Virus record (IMG/VR): IMGVR_UViG_3300043009_000039
Location: 21,822-85,821 of that record
Strand: one strand, 5' to 3'
DNA: 64,000 nt
Source: a virus
Lineage: Duplodnaviria > Caudoviricetes
Shown one piece after another: positions 1 through 10,127 of this stretch (position 1 is its first letter; every line of letters begins with the position of its first letter). Made by a program: the position numbers and the translations under genes. Below the pieces are notes generated by a model. It did no database searches, was not told where the DNA came from, and worked only from the letters and a program-made list of their open reading frames with translations.

Positions 1-1
1 C

Positions 2-3000
2 ACGGCTGGAACTGCATCCTACGCAGACCTTCAGACGCTCGACGATATGAAGAAGCGCTATGCGGATATAATGGCTGTCATTGCCGAGTTTGACAGACTC
101 CAAAACGAAGCCACCAATGCAACGAACAAATTCAACAGTGCCGTATCGAGTCAAAGAGGGAGCCTTGACTTTTTGCAGTATTCAGCACAGCAGGTTGTCG
201 AACAGATTCAGGGCATTGAGAAAGTAAACGCCTCCCTTAATGCTGAAATGGCAAAGGGAACGACGATTAAGGGCCTTGTTAACGAGTACAAGAACTTGGT
301 GAACGAGGCTACGCGCATGAAACAGCTTATCGAAAGTGCGAGAAGTATCGGCATGGATACTTCCAATAACGCGGCATACGATGCTGTTGTGGCTCAATAC
401 GGTCAGATTTACGGCAGAATAAGGCAGATAGAAGCGATGAACGTTGACGCAATCAATGAATATCGCGCACAGAAAGAGGCGGAAGCCAATCAGAAGTCTG
501 TCGCAGATTATATCGTCGCCGTTCAGGAAAAGAGCAAAGCCGAAAGCGCCGCCCGAGAAGAAAACTACAAGAAGTACGTCACCTCCTACGAAGGGGTTAT
601 GCGTGCGGCACAGAAGCTTGAATCGGGCCGTACATCGGGCGACTACGCCAATACGTATGAGAATCGGGAGAGAGTTATCAAACAGCTGACAACGGCATTG
701 TCGCAACTGTCCGACACAGAGGGGCGGAACAAGACAAAAGCCGAGTCGCTTAGAACGACCATCCAAAAACTCACGGAGGCGCAGAATCAATACAAGGCTG
801 CATTAAAGGGCGTTCAAGCCGCACAAGGAAAGCAGGAAGTCACCGTTGATACTGCAATACGAGCTTACAGCATCGCAAAGCAGACGGGCGCTCTGAAAGA
901 TTTGAAAATCGCTTACGACCAACTTAAAACCGCCATGTCGGGCCTGAAATACGGTTCCGAGGACTGGTTTCGGTTGAATGGTATGCTCTCCACGACGAAG
1001 GGAAAGATAGACCAAATCAAAACTGCGATGGGCGAGGTTGGTTCCAAATCAAAGAGCACTACAAATACATTGGAACAGCTTAAACGCGGACTCCTCGCGG
1101 CATTTTCCATTTCAGCCATCAGAGGGTATATCAACAAGATGGTGGAAGTTCGCGCTCAGTTTGAGCTGCAGAACGTCGCATTGCGTGCCATCTTGCAGAA
1201 TAAGGACGAGGCGGACAGAATCTTCCTTCAGGTGCAGAATATGGCCTTGCAATCACCGTTTACGATTATGCAGTTGACCACTTACACCAAGCAGTTGGCG
1301 GCATACCGTATCGAAGCAAGCAAACTCGTTCAAACGACTAAGATGCTCGCCGACGTATCCGCCGGGCTTGGCGTGGATATGCAGCGACTCATCTTGGCTT
1401 ACGGTCAGGTGAAGTCGGCCAACTACCTTAGAGCAACGGAAGTAAGACAGTTTACCGAAGCTGGCTTGAACATCGCGGGCGAATTGGCGACATACTTCTC
1501 CGAGCTTAAAGGGCGCGTAATTTCCGTCGGTGACGTAATGGATATGATTACAAAGCGCATGGTGAAGTTCGAGGACGTGGAAGAAGTATTCCGTCGCGTA
1601 ACGAGCGAGGGCGGTATCTTCTTCGATATGCAGAAGAAACAGTCCGAAACGCTTTACGGTCAGGTACAGCGTATCAAGGATGCTTATAACATCATGCTCA
1701 ACGACATCGGCAAGGATAATCAGTCGTTTGTTTCTCAGGCATTGCAACTCATCCGCATGCTCATTAATCATTGGCAACCTCTTGCGTCCGACCTGAAAGC
1801 GTTTCTCTATACTTTCGGGATAGGCAAACTGTTGAATATGTGGAGATTGCAAATTTTAGCAATAGGCGGAAGCCTAAAAAAACTTGGTCTTTTTTTAGCC
1901 GAAGCAACAAAAAAAACGTCTAAATTCGCAAACTCTCTTGCAAATATGAGCAATGTCATGCAGGTGGGCATCGGCCTCGGTATTACGTCCTTTATTGCAG
2001 GACTCTCCGTTTTGATTCACCTCTTGAACGTGGCAAACGACAAGGCAACAAAAGTAATGCAGGTTATGGCAAGCGCTGACGCCGATGTTGAAGGCGACGC
2101 AAACAACGGTATCAACACATACGAACGTCTTGCCGCTACCATTGCGAGTGTTACGACTTCTTTTGAAGAGCGCACCAAGGCTATGGAGGAAATGAAGCGA
2201 ACCTTCAACGACATTCTTCCTTCATATATGCTTGAACGCGAATGGGTGTCCGACCTGAAAGAGAACCTCCCAAAGGCTACCGCGGCTTTGAGAGAATACT
2301 ACGACGAGCGACGCAAGCAGAGAGAGCTGGAAGCGCTTCAGAGTGCTAAAACCAAGACCATCGACGAGTTGTTCACCAAAAACGGAATGAAGAACTTTGA
2401 CGCCATCAAGGATATTTGGCCGCGTGCAACTCTTGATAAAGCCAAGGAAATCTATACGGAAACAATTAGCGAAGGGGTAAAGCAAGGCTATAAAGAGGGT
2501 TCGGATTTTGCCGAGCTGTTTGTCAACAAGATGAACGAGTATTACACCTCGGGCATCTACTCTTTGCTTGGCGGCACGAAGAAGCAGTTGAAGGACATCA
2601 AGGCGGTTACAGACGATATATTCGATACCAACTGGTGGGGTGACGACTTCAAGAGCGTCATGAACTACACCGAAGCTATCAAGAAATTGGAAGAAGAAAC
2701 GGGTCTTTCTCTTAAAACAAACACCGAGCACGAGCGGCAGACATTGTTGGTGCTTGAAAAGCAGAAAAAAGAGAGAGAAGAAACGCTTAACACGGTAGAA
2801 AATCTCTTCGATAAACTTTCAAAGCTTCAAAAGTCAGGCAAGCTGTCCGCAGACGGAGCGTTCACGAAGGAGGGCGAAGAGGGCTTCCAACAGCTTAATG
2901 ACCTTTTGACCCAAATGGGAGCCAAGCCTATTTCCAACTTGGAAGAGCTTAACACCCTTCTCGGTTCCAACTTCAGGTTGCAGGAACGAATAAGAAACAT

Positions 3001-6000
3001 CAAGTCAGACTATTGGATTCAGTGGGCGGACGATATAAAGAAGATGACGAACGCCGCAGACCCCGCCAATGCTCTCGTAGAAAAGTTCTCCCAAAATATC
3101 AAGGGCGTAGGTGAAGCCGCGAAAGGCACAAGCATCCAACGTGACATTTGGGCGGTAATGCAGAAAATATCCGAAGGTTCTCAGCTCGGCATCGACTCGT
3201 TCGTGAACTTTGAAGTTACCGCGCAGGACTCATTCGGTACTGCCGCTGAATCCGCTAAAAAGGCTGGCGAAGCTTTCGAACAGCAAGCAAAGCAATACAA
3301 GCAGATTTCAGAGTCTATGGTTTGGGCAGACCCCGAAGCGCAAGCGCAGCTCATTACGGGCTTGACGAAAGAACAGTTCGAACAAGCTCCCGTAATTATC
3401 GAGTTTTTCAAAACGCTCGCCAAAGCGCTGGGTGCCTTGGATAAAAATTCGGGTAAGGGTAAAGATACTGTTTCCGAGCTGTGGAAGAATCGTCTTAAAG
3501 CTCTTCAGGACTACTACAAGAAGTACGAGGAAACGAACAAGCTTTACAGCGACACGGAATCATTGGAGAAATCCAAGGAAGCTTTCAGAAAATACTTTGA
3601 AGAGCTTGGTCTTGATATTGACGAGATTTCTAAGCTTGGTATGGGCAAAGAGGGTGCCGTGCTTAATCTTGAAAAGATGATAGAAGAAGTGCGGAAGATA
3701 CGTCCTGAACTTGTCGATGAATTTGAAAAGGTTGCCGCCGACTTTCGCGTTGAGATTGGCGTGAAGCTTCAAGAGGACGCTCTCGAAAAGGTGAAGAAAG
3801 AGATGGATGAGTTGCTTGATAACGTAGAGCTTACCAAGGAGCTTAAAAATCAGAATCTTCCTATCGACCTTATCTATATGGTCGGAGGTAAGCCGATTGA
3901 CCTTGACGGAGCGAAAGAGAACATCGAGAGCTTCTATAAAGACCTCCTTGTGGTACAGAAGAAGTACGGTGAAGAGGGCGTCAAGGCTTACAACGACATC
4001 GAGAAGAAGATTAAGGAAACCGAGCTTAAGGAGCTGAAAGACCGAATCAAGAGCTACACGAAGTACCTTTCTCACGCCTACACGGAGCGAGTCAAGTATC
4101 AGCTTGACGCATACGCCGAAATGAAGCAGATGCAGGACGACCTTCGTAAGTCTATCAAAGACGCATGGGCGAAGATTGATACGGGCGAGGTAAAGGGCGA
4201 CGATGCCGAAAAACTCAAACAACGCATCAGCACTTGGGAGAGTATTCTCAAACAAGGCGTCGCTGGAATCAAGAAAGAGATTGTCGACAAGATGGCTGAG
4301 TTTGACTTCAAGCAAATTATGGAGTCACCTTTGTTCTCCGAGATATTCCAAGACCTTGGCAATCTGACTTCGGGTGTTCTCGATACGATGTTGGAAAAGA
4401 TTAAGGATATTCGTAATAATACCCAAAATCTTTCGCTCACGCAAATCAAACAGCTCGCCCAATACGAAGAGAAGATACGCAATGCAAAGTTCGATTCTGA
4501 CGCATTTAAAGCCCCTATCGAGGCGATTAAGGAGGCGTATAAACTTCGCACAGAGGGCATCACCGCGACAACGGCAAGCGAGGACTTGGCGTCGAGTGAA
4601 CAGCAACTTGCCAACCTTGAAAAAGAATTGGAGGACTTGCAACTTATTCAGGGATTGAAGCAGGGAGCGTTAAACATCGACCAAAAGAATTTGAATCTTT
4701 CCGAGCGGCAGAAGAAGTACATGGAAATGACTCCCGATGCCATTAACATGGAGATAGCCGCAAGAACAAAAAATATCGAGACTACGAAGAGTCAGGTTTC
4801 AACGAATCAGCAGTATGTGCAGACGTTCAGTAACGCAAGGCTCGCCACCGAGAAACTTCAAACTCAGTTGCAGGAAGTCGGGAAGATAGGGAGCGGTGCT
4901 ATCGACGTGATTACATCCGGACTTCAGCTGTTCGGCGAAGATATAAGCGAGTCGGATGCGGCATGGTTCGATTTTGCGAAGAATATGATAGACCAATGCG
5001 TTCAGCTCGGCATCATGTTCGTTGCGCTCGGCATTGAAATCAACTCCGCGTTGGGTATTATCGGTCTTATCGCCGAAGCGCTCACCTTGGTTGCGGGTCT
5101 GTTCAGCACCATCCTTAAAGCTCACGATGCGGGCGTTGAGAAGCAGATTGAGAAAGTCAAGGATAAGGTTGAAGAGCTGCAAAAAGCCTACGAGAAGCTT
5201 GAAAAAGCCATCGAGAACGCCTATTCGACCGAAGCTTATGAAACGGACTATACCAAGGCGCAGAACAACATTGAGAAGCAGATTGCGGCGTACAAGGAGA
5301 TGATAAATCTCGAGTACAGCAAGAAGCAAACCGACAAGGATAAAATCAAGGAGTATCAGGATGCCATTGATGACTTGGAGGAACAGCTTGAAGATTTGAG
5401 AATAGCCCGCATTCAGGCTATGGGCGGTTTCGGGTCAGGCTCCGATTATCAGCAAGCCGCGGAGGATTTTGTTTCTGCATGGTTGGACGCTTTCAAGGAA
5501 ACGGGCGAAGGTCTTGACGCCTTGGACGACAAGTGGCAGGAGTTTGTAGAAAATCTGTTCGTGAAGCAAGCGGCCTACAAGAAAGCCGGCAAGCTCTACG
5601 AAGGGATATTCTCGATGATTGACGATGCCTTGGATAAGGGTATCTCGGGTGCGGGTCTTGAAGAAACTTTAAAGGCGGCGCAAGCACAAGTGGATTCGGC
5701 AAATGAACAGCTTGACGAGTACCTGAAAGCCTTGGCGCAGGTATTCAACATCTCGCCTGATTCGGAGTCTACGCTGTCCGATTTACAGAAGGGCATTCAG
5801 AACATCACCGAGGCTCAGGCGGCGGCGTTGGAGGCATATGTGAACAGTATCCGCTTCTACGTTGCCGAGCAGAACACGATTCTGCGGGATTTGTCCGCTG
5901 CGATTAGAGAGCAGTATTCTTCCTCCGACAACCCCGTACTCTCGGTAATCAAGGAGATTCGGGATGCCGTGAACAATCTCTCGCAACGGTTCTTCTCGGT

Positions 6001-6046
6001 AACGGAAGTCAAGTCGGGACGAGGGTATATCTTAAAGGTCGGTTGA
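2..6046 (+). CDS. Tape measure protein (5' partial; frame is open to the window edge)
   Basis: >1999 aa, coiled-coil/helical. Tape-measure domain signature (LRAILQNKDEADRIF...SPFTIMQL...LADVSAGLGVDMQRLILAYGQVKSANYL) and hydrophobic segments. No stop between position 2 and the Met at 47. Confidence 0.92.
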   Translation, partial: TAGTASYADLQTLDDMKKRYADIMAVIAEFDRLQNEATNATNKFNSAVSSQRGSLDFLQYSAQQVVEQIQGIEKVNASLNAEMAKGTTIKGLVNEYKNLVNEATRMKQLIESARSIGMDTSNNAAYDAVVAQYGQIYGRIRQIEAMNVDAINEYRAQKEAEANQKSVADYIVAVQEKSKAESAAREENYKKYVTSYEGVMRAAQKLESGRTSGDYANTYENRERVIKQLTTALSQLSDTEGRNKTKAESLRTTIQKLTEAQNQYKAALKGVQAAQGKQEVTVDTAIRAYSIAKQTGALKDLKIAYDQLKTAMSGLKYGSEDWFRLNGMLSTTKGKIDQIKTAMGEVGSKSKSTTNTLEQLKRGLLAAFSISAIRGYINKMVEVRAQFELQNVALRAILQNKDEADRIFLQVQNMALQSPFTIMQLTTYTKQLAAYRIEASKLVQTTKMLADVSAGLGVDMQRLILAYGQVKSANYLRATEVRQFTEAGLNIAGELATYFSELKGRVISVGDVMDMITKRMVKFEDVEEVFRRVTSEGGIFFDMQKKQSETLYGQVQRIKDAYNIMLNDIGKDNQSFVSQALQLIRMLINHWQPLASDLKAFLYTFGIGKLLNMWRLQILAIGGSLKKLGLFLAEATKKTSKFANSLANMSNVMQVGIGLGITSFIAGLSVLIHLLNVANDKATKVMQVMASADADVEGDANNGINTYERLAATIASVTTSFEERTKAMEEMKRTFNDILPSYMLEREWVSDLKENLPKATAALREYYDERRKQRELEALQSAKTKTIDELFTKNGMKNFDAIKDIWPRATLDKAKEIYTETISEGVKQGYKEGSDFAELFVNKMNEYYTSGIYSLLGGTKKQLKDIKAVTDDIFDTNWWGDDFKSVMNYTEAIKKLEEETGLSLKTNTEHERQTLLVLEKQKKEREETLNTVENLFDKLSKLQKSGKLSADGAFTKEGEEGFQQLNDLLTQMGAKPISNLEELNTLLGSNFRLQERIRNIKSDYWIQWADDIKKMTNAADPANALVEKFSQNIKGVGEAAKGTSIQRDIWAVMQKISEGSQLGIDSFVNFEVTAQDSFGTAAESAKKAGEAFEQQAKQYKQISESMVWADPEAQAQLITGLTKEQFEQAPVIIEFFKTLAKALGALDKNSGKGKDTVSELWKNRLKALQDYYKKYEETNKLYSDTESLEKSKEAFRKYFEELGLDIDEISKLGMGKEGAVLNLEKMIEEVRKIRPELVDEFEKVAADFRVEIGVKLQEDALEKVKKEMDELLDNVELTKELKNQNLPIDLIYMVGGKPIDLDGAKENIESFYKDLLVVQKKYGEEGVKAYNDIEKKIKETELKELKDRIKSYTKYLSHAYTERVKYQLDAYAEMKQMQDDLRKSIKDAWAKIDTGEVKGDDAEKLKQRISTWESILKQGVAGIKKEIVDKMAEFDFKQIMESPLFSEIFQDLGNLTSGVLDTMLEKIKDIRNNTQNLSLTQIKQLAQYEEKIRNAKFDSDAFKAPIEAIKEAYKLRTEGITATTASEDLASSEQQLANLEKELEDLQLIQGLKQGALNIDQKNLNLSERQKKYMEMTPDAINMEIAARTKNIETTKSQVSTNQQYVQTFSNARLATEKLQTQLQEVGKIGSGAIDVITSGLQLFGEDISESDAAWFDFAKNMIDQCVQLGIMFVALGIEINSALGIIGLIAEALTLVAGLFSTILKAHDAGVEKQIEKVKDKVEELQKAYEKLEKAIENAYSTEAYETDYTKAQNNIEKQIAAYKEMINLEYSKKQTDKDKIKEYQDAIDDLEEQLEDLRIARIQAMGGFGSGSDYQQAAEDFVSAWLDAFKETGEGLDALDDKWQEFVENLFVKQAAYKKAGKLYEGIFSMIDDALDKGISGAGLEETLKAAQAQVDSANEQLDEYLKALAQVFNISPDSESTLSDLQKGIQNITEAQAAALEAYVNSIRFYVAEQNTILRDLSAAIREQYSSSDNPVLSVIKEIRDAVNNLSQRFFSVTEVKSGRGYILKVG

Positions 6047-6079
6047 TTCTTTCTTTTCCATAACGATAGAGGCGGTGGT

Positions 6080-6367
6080 TCAGTCCATCGCCTTTATTTT
6101 TTCCACAATGCCGTCGTACAAGGCCCTGACGCGCTTGTCGTAGGTCATTTGGTTCTTGATAGTGGTAATGCCTCGGATGATGTTTCGCTGTGTTCTGTCG
6201 AACTTTTTTGCTATTGCATTGTTACTTAATCCAACCTCGTAGTGCAGGTAGGAGTAAATCATGTAACGTGTGAGCCACAAATCGCCTTTTTGCTCGTAGC
6301 TCATTACTCTTCTCGGGTCTACGCCCATCTCGTCACAGAAAAAGAATACTACTTCGGATACTGTCAT
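6080..6367 (-). CDS. Small HTH protein resembling the DnaA C-terminal DNA-binding domain
   Basis: TRYMIYSYLHYEVGLSNNAIAKKFDRTQRNIIRGI resembles a DnaA_C/TrpR-type HTH; has its own promoter. Confidence 0.6.
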   Translation of the reverse strand: MTVSEVVFFFCDEMGVDPRRVMSYEQKGDLWLTRYMIYSYLHYEVGLSNNAIAKKFDRTQRNIIRGITTIKNQMTYDKRVRALYDGIVEKIKAMD

Positions 6368-6396
6368 GGGTTTATGGAATGTAAGGGTTTATGATA

Positions 6397-6428
6397 CAAA
6401 GGTATCAAAGGTTTATCACACTGTCAAG
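6397..6428 (-). promoter_or_regulatory. Bacteroidota sigma-A-type promoter overlapped by a palindrome
   Basis: TACCTTTG (-7 box, 6397-6404) with CTTG ~20 nt upstream; TGATAC-N4-GTATCA inverted repeat over the -7 box. Confidence 0.55.
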
Positions 6429-6456
6429 AAAAAAGCGGACTTTCACAAGCCCGCCT
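6429..6456 (-). terminator. Intrinsic terminator
   Basis: Minus strand GGCGGGCTT-GTGA-AAGTCCGCT followed by T6. Confidence 0.75.
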
Positions 6457-6557
6457 AATACATCAGAACAAAAATCTTAATTATTAACACATTAAACACA
6501 AAAATACTAATGAAAACACACAAATTTGAAAAGCTTCTAATATTCTCGCATATAGTA

Positions 6558-7163
6558 TCAAAGGTCAGCTGTAATTACATCACCCGCTTTTCTGAGGTTG
6601 TCAAATTCCGCATTCTTTTTGTGGTCATCTTCTGTCTCTTCGAACTTGGTAGCTTCTTCCAAGATTCTTTGGCCTTCCTCGTTGGCGACCTCGATGCAGT
6701 TGTTGGCAATTTTGAAGAGCGCCAAGTCGCTTATACTTGCAAAGATAGGCGTTTGCATAATAACGGAGATGGCAGTTAAGAACTGACTTGCGGTGTCCTT
6801 TTCCTCTTCCGAAAGCGAATCGTATTGTTCGAGAATTTGGCAGTAGTTGTTTATCATTGCATAAACGCCGCCGCTCCCGATGCCCGAATAAAACGCATAA
6901 TCGAGGCTTTTTGTTTTCACGAGGAATCCTTTTTTCGTTTTTATAACATCCAACGACTCCCCCAGCTTATAGGTTTCAATCACGTCCTTGGTCGGGACGA
7001 TTAATTCAACCGATTCCACGTCGTTCTGCTTCTGTAAGGATGTAAGTTCGGAGAGCATCTTCTTGGCCCATTCCGCATCCTTCGAGTTGGCGACAATCTG
7101 ACCTTTGAGGTCATTGATTTTCTGTGGAATTGTTTTTTGGCTTTCTGCCTCTTTTGTTGCCAT
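6558..7163 (-). CDS. Hypothetical protein (201 aa)
   Basis: Long ORF in a co-oriented operon. Confidence 0.7.
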   Translation of the reverse strand: MATKEAESQKTIPQKINDLKGQIVANSKDAEWAKKMLSELTSLQKQNDVESVELIVPTKDVIETYKLGESLDVIKTKKGFLVKTKSLDYAFYSGIGSGGVYAMINNYCQILEQYDSLSEEEKDTASQFLTAISVIMQTPIFASISDLALFKIANNCIEVANEEGQRILEEATKFEETEDDHKKNAEFDNLRKAGDVITADL

Positions 7164-7656
7164 TTATCTTAATCCTTTCGTTATAGTCGTTTAAAATCTT
7201 CTTGCATCTCTCATCCTCGGCTTCGTTTTCGCGCATACGCTGTTCCACCGCATCGTCGATATAGCCTTGAATAATGGCTTCGTCGCGTGCAATCTCTTCT
7301 GCCGTCTTGCCGTCGTGTTTCAACAGCTTGTACAATTTATTCGGGTCGTGACCGAACTTTGTGAGGTAGACGAGCTTTTCTTTCGGGTCGTTCGACGTGT
7401 ACGCGACATTCGGGTCAATCTTCTCATACGGTCTGATTTCGATAATCTGCGAAATGCGTGAGATTGAGCCGAAGTCTTTCTTAATATGTACTTCACCTTT
7501 GTGACAATGCACAAGGCAGTAGTTCTTTGTGCCGTTCATCTTTGACACAAGGGCAATACCCTTGCGCCAATTTCGGTCTGTTTCAACGGGCGGCAGGGTA
7601 CGAAGCCCCGCCGCTTCCAAACAGTATTGTAAGGTTTCTTCTTCAACCGTTAACAT
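7111..7656 (-). CDS. Hypothetical protein (181 aa)
   Basis: Long ORF overlapping both neighbours, operon context. Confidence 0.7.
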   Translation of the reverse strand: MLTVEEETLQYCLEAAGLRTLPPVETDRNWRKGIALVSKMNGTKNYCLVHCHKGEVHIKKDFGSISRISQIIEIRPYEKIDPNVAYTSNDPKEKLVYLTKFGHDPNKLYKLLKHDGKTAEEIARDEAIIQGYIDDAVEQRMRENEAEDERCKKILNDYNERIKINGNKRGRKPKNNSTENQ

Positions 7657-8021
7657 ACGCTGTGAATTAAGTCAAGAATCTCTTCCCGAAGTTTTCCTTG
7701 GATTTTGAACTTGTTAAGTTCTTCGGCGTAGTGCCATGTGCCGCCCGATACGATGTAAATCTTGTGTCCGTCAGGGTCAACGCTGATTGCGATAACCTTT
7801 TCATGCCGGAAAGTGTCGTCGACTTGGTCTATGCCAACATAGTCGCCGACCCGAATCACGTTGTCCGCCTTGTATGTATCGTCCGCTTCCACGTCGAATC
7901 CGAGGAAGTCGCCCGGTTCGTTTTCTATTGATTGTGATTGTTTTGCCATATGTTCAACAAAAAAATTCACGAAATCGTTTAAGTCCTCGCTTTTGTTTTT
8001 CTTCTTTTTGTTCTTTCCCAT
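7650..8021 (-). CDS. Hypothetical protein (123 aa)
   Basis: ORF tightly packed in operon. Confidence 0.7.
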   Translation of the reverse strand: MGKNKKKKNKSEDLNDFVNFFVEHMAKQSQSIENEPGDFLGFDVEADDTYKADNVIRVGDYVGIDQVDDTFRHEKVIAISVDPDGHKIYIVSGGTWHYAEELNKFKIQGKLREEILDLIHSVC

Positions 8022-8024
8022 AAA

Positions 8025-8516
8025 TCAGCTGATTTGAGATTCGGCAAACGATGTGCCGTAAATGTTCTTGAATGTGTAAGTAACCTCTCTGTATTGCTGC
8101 CCGCCGTAGAGCCTTTCAGCCACCATCTTGGGGGCGTCTATAAGAATAAGCTCGTAGAAGCGTTTTCTGAACGTATCCGAATACTCAATCATTCGTCCCT
8201 TGATGAAGTTGTAGAATGCGTTTTCGGCCTCAGATACGCTCTCGGCTATTGTGCCTGAAATTGAATCAGCCGTCCAAAGCAGCGTAAGAGCCGCGGTGGT
8301 TGATTCGTGCGCCAAGTCCTTCTGCTCGGGGATATACATAGCCGACTCCGTAGTTTCGGCGAAGTCCTCGATGTAGATGTTCTTGATTGCACCGCTCTCG
8401 GTAAGGCCCGTAAAGGAAACGTACTTGGCACCGAAGTCATGCTCCAAGTCATAAGCGTTGAGTGTCAGCCCATCCTCTTCGTTATTGTAGGGCCTTATGT
8501 AGAAATTATATTCCAT
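8025..8516 (-). CDS. Possible distal-tail (Dit)-like virion protein
   Basis: 163 aa, beta-rich, close to the tape-measure gene; resembles Bacteroides siphovirus proteins found near TMP (recollection, not searched). Confidence 0.45.
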   Translation of the reverse strand: MEYNFYIRPYNNEEDGLTLNAYDLEHDFGAKYVSFTGLTESGAIKNIYIEDFAETTESAMYIPEQKDLAHESTTAALTLLWTADSISGTIAESVSEAENAFYNFIKGRMIEYSDTFRKRFYELILIDAPKMVAERLYGGQQYREVTYTFKNIYGTSFAESQIS

Positions 8517-8524
8517 ACTCGTCT

Positions 8525-8986
8525 TTATTTACGTTCCTTAATGATTGCCTTGCTGTCGCTCAGGTTGGTGACTTCCGAGTTGTATGCATATACCACGCAG
8601 TTGCTCGTGCCCGTTATTTTCACGGCGGAGTTGCAGAGGTATATCTCGCAGAGTCGGTTGACCTCTATTTCGCAATGGCTGTCAATAACCAGAACGACGG
8701 TAAATTCATTTTCAAAGTCATTCGTTCGGCAGTATATTGCAGAGGTGTAACCGTCTTTGTCGAAAACGCATCTGCCGTTTAGGAACTGTCCGAACTCTTT
8801 TTCTATGTAGTTCGAAGTTAGTCCCCATCCGTTGTAGATAGACTCCGCAATATACTGCAAGCCGCGAATGTTACAAGCCAAATCGAAGAGTTGCTTCTTC
8901 GACTTGGCCTTATCCCACTCTTCGCGCATGGAACAAATCCCGTGAAGAGCGGCTTTATGTCTGAAATCACGCAATTCGTCGTTCAT
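8525..8986 (-). CDS. Conserved-type hypothetical phage protein (153 aa), probably leaderless
   Basis: Clear ORF; -7 promoter box ends 4 nt from the ATG. Confidence 0.8.
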   Translation of the reverse strand: MNDELRDFRHKAALHGICSMREEWDKAKSKKQLFDLACNIRGLQYIAESIYNGWGLTSNYIEKEFGQFLNGRCVFDKDGYTSAIYCRTNDFENEFTVVLVIDSHCEIEVNRLCEIYLCNSAVKITGTSNCVVYAYNSEVTNLSDSKAIIKERK

Positions 8987-8990
8987 GACA

Positions 8991-9021
8991 CAAACTTACA
9001 AAATGTTTTTTAATTTTCAAA
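8991..9021 (-). promoter_or_regulatory. Bacteroidota sigma-A-type promoter
   Basis: TTTG (9018-9021), 19-nt spacer, TAAGTTTG (8991-8998). Confidence 0.7.
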
Positions 9022-9787
9022 TAGTATCTTCTTTTTCTACCGATTCAAAATCAGAGGAATGCGGAGCGACGTGTTCATCTTTCGGTCTGTTCTCTACGTG
9101 AGGTACTGACGCCCAATGCGTGAAGTGCGACGGAATCACGATGTCGTCGGCTTTAACGTCCAGCATCTCGGGTTCGCTCGTTTCGCTGTTGAAGAGAAAG
9201 ACGTATTTCTCTTTGAACATGTTAAGTCTGCAAAAGTTAAGGATACGGCCCTCTTTATCTCTGTTAATCGGGTACCAGTTAACCTCTGTCGTTAAAGGGT
9301 TCGTGCTTGCACTTCTAATCCCGTTAAAACGAGGCTTCCAATGTGTGTAGCCCGAGTACTTCGTGTCCCCGTTCTTGAGTGCTGTTTCAGAGATAAAGGA
9401 ATAGTCGGGACAAACATCCATTGTAGTGTTAATCCCTTCTTCGTCGGTGAGGATAACATGTCCTGCTTTATACATATCCTCCGCTGATTTTCTCGTTATT
9501 AAACCCTTCTCATTTCGTTCGATTGGCATCCAATCGTTTGACATCTTTTGTTTTTCCATACAGATTTGTTTTAATTTTACTTCTTGATTGTACAATATGC
9601 AAGCCAAAATAAAGATGCAAGCTTCAATTATTACGAATTTTACCGAGCCTATATCGTTGTGTCCGGCTTTCTTTTCCACGAAGTAGATATTCAGGCCCAT
9701 TAAAGCCGAATAAAAGCTAAGGAACATGATTATGGCTAAAACCATTCTTGCATCATGATGGTTCATTGCCAAATATACGTTATTCAT
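9017..9787 (-). CDS. Protein with N-terminal membrane segments and two tandem DUF551-like repeats (may be two genes; internal start at 9559/9544)
   Basis: Internal duplication DWMPIERNEKG...YTHWKP / NWYPINRDKEG...FTHWASVP. Confidence 0.6.
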   Translation of the reverse strand: MNNVYLAMNHHDARMVLAIIMFLSFYSALMGLNIYFVEKKAGHNDIGSVKFVIIEACIFILACILYNQEVKLKQICMEKQKMSNDWMPIERNEKGLITRKSAEDMYKAGHVILTDEEGINTTMDVCPDYSFISETALKNGDTKYSGYTHWKPRFNGIRSASTNPLTTEVNWYPINRDKEGRILNFCRLNMFKEKYVFLFNSETSEPEMLDVKADDIVIPSHFTHWASVPHVENRPKDEHVAPHSSDFESVEKEDTI

Positions 9788-9788
9788 T

Positions 9789-10127
9789 TCATTTAGAATA
9801 CAACGGCGACTTCATAACAAACGTATCGCCCTTATCGAATCGGTAGTATGTGTCGTCGCTTACTTCGGCTCTGAAAATACGCCCCGTCCCGAGGTCTTTT
9901 ACGACCATCACGTTGCGCGATTCCGTCTTATATCCGTTCGTCCACCAATTGTAGCCGCTGGATATTTCGGTAGTTTTCTCCACAACCTGATAGCGGTAGG
10001 TTCGGTCAGGCTGTCTGTAAGCGTAAACGCCTACTGCAATCGACGAAATTACCGCCGCTACCAAGTAAAACTTTTCGAATTTATCCATATCAATGTCTTT
10101 TATGCCTTTCATTCCTTTTTTCTGCAC
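9789..10127 (-). CDS. Single-pass membrane protein (112 aa)
   Basis: Hydrophobic FYLVAAVISSIAVGVYAY segment followed by a soluble domain. Confidence 0.7.
   Translation of the reverse strand: MQKKGMKGIKDIDMDKFEKFYLVAAVISSIAVGVYAYRQPDRTYRYQVVEKTTEISSGYNWWTNGYKTESRNVMVVKDLGTGRIFRAEVSDDTYYRFDKGDTFVMKSPLYSK

Noticed and set aside
1865-1920. A7/A8 runs in the tape-measure gene as phase-variation sites
   Set aside because: The frame is intact and they sit in a locally AT-rich, Lys-coding segment with no alternative open frame of note.
182-5986. Many antisense and alternate-frame ORFs inside the tape-measure gene (also 42528..43643, 50152..51294, 54203..55087)
   Set aside because: Shadow ORFs of real genes, with no motifs or start signals.
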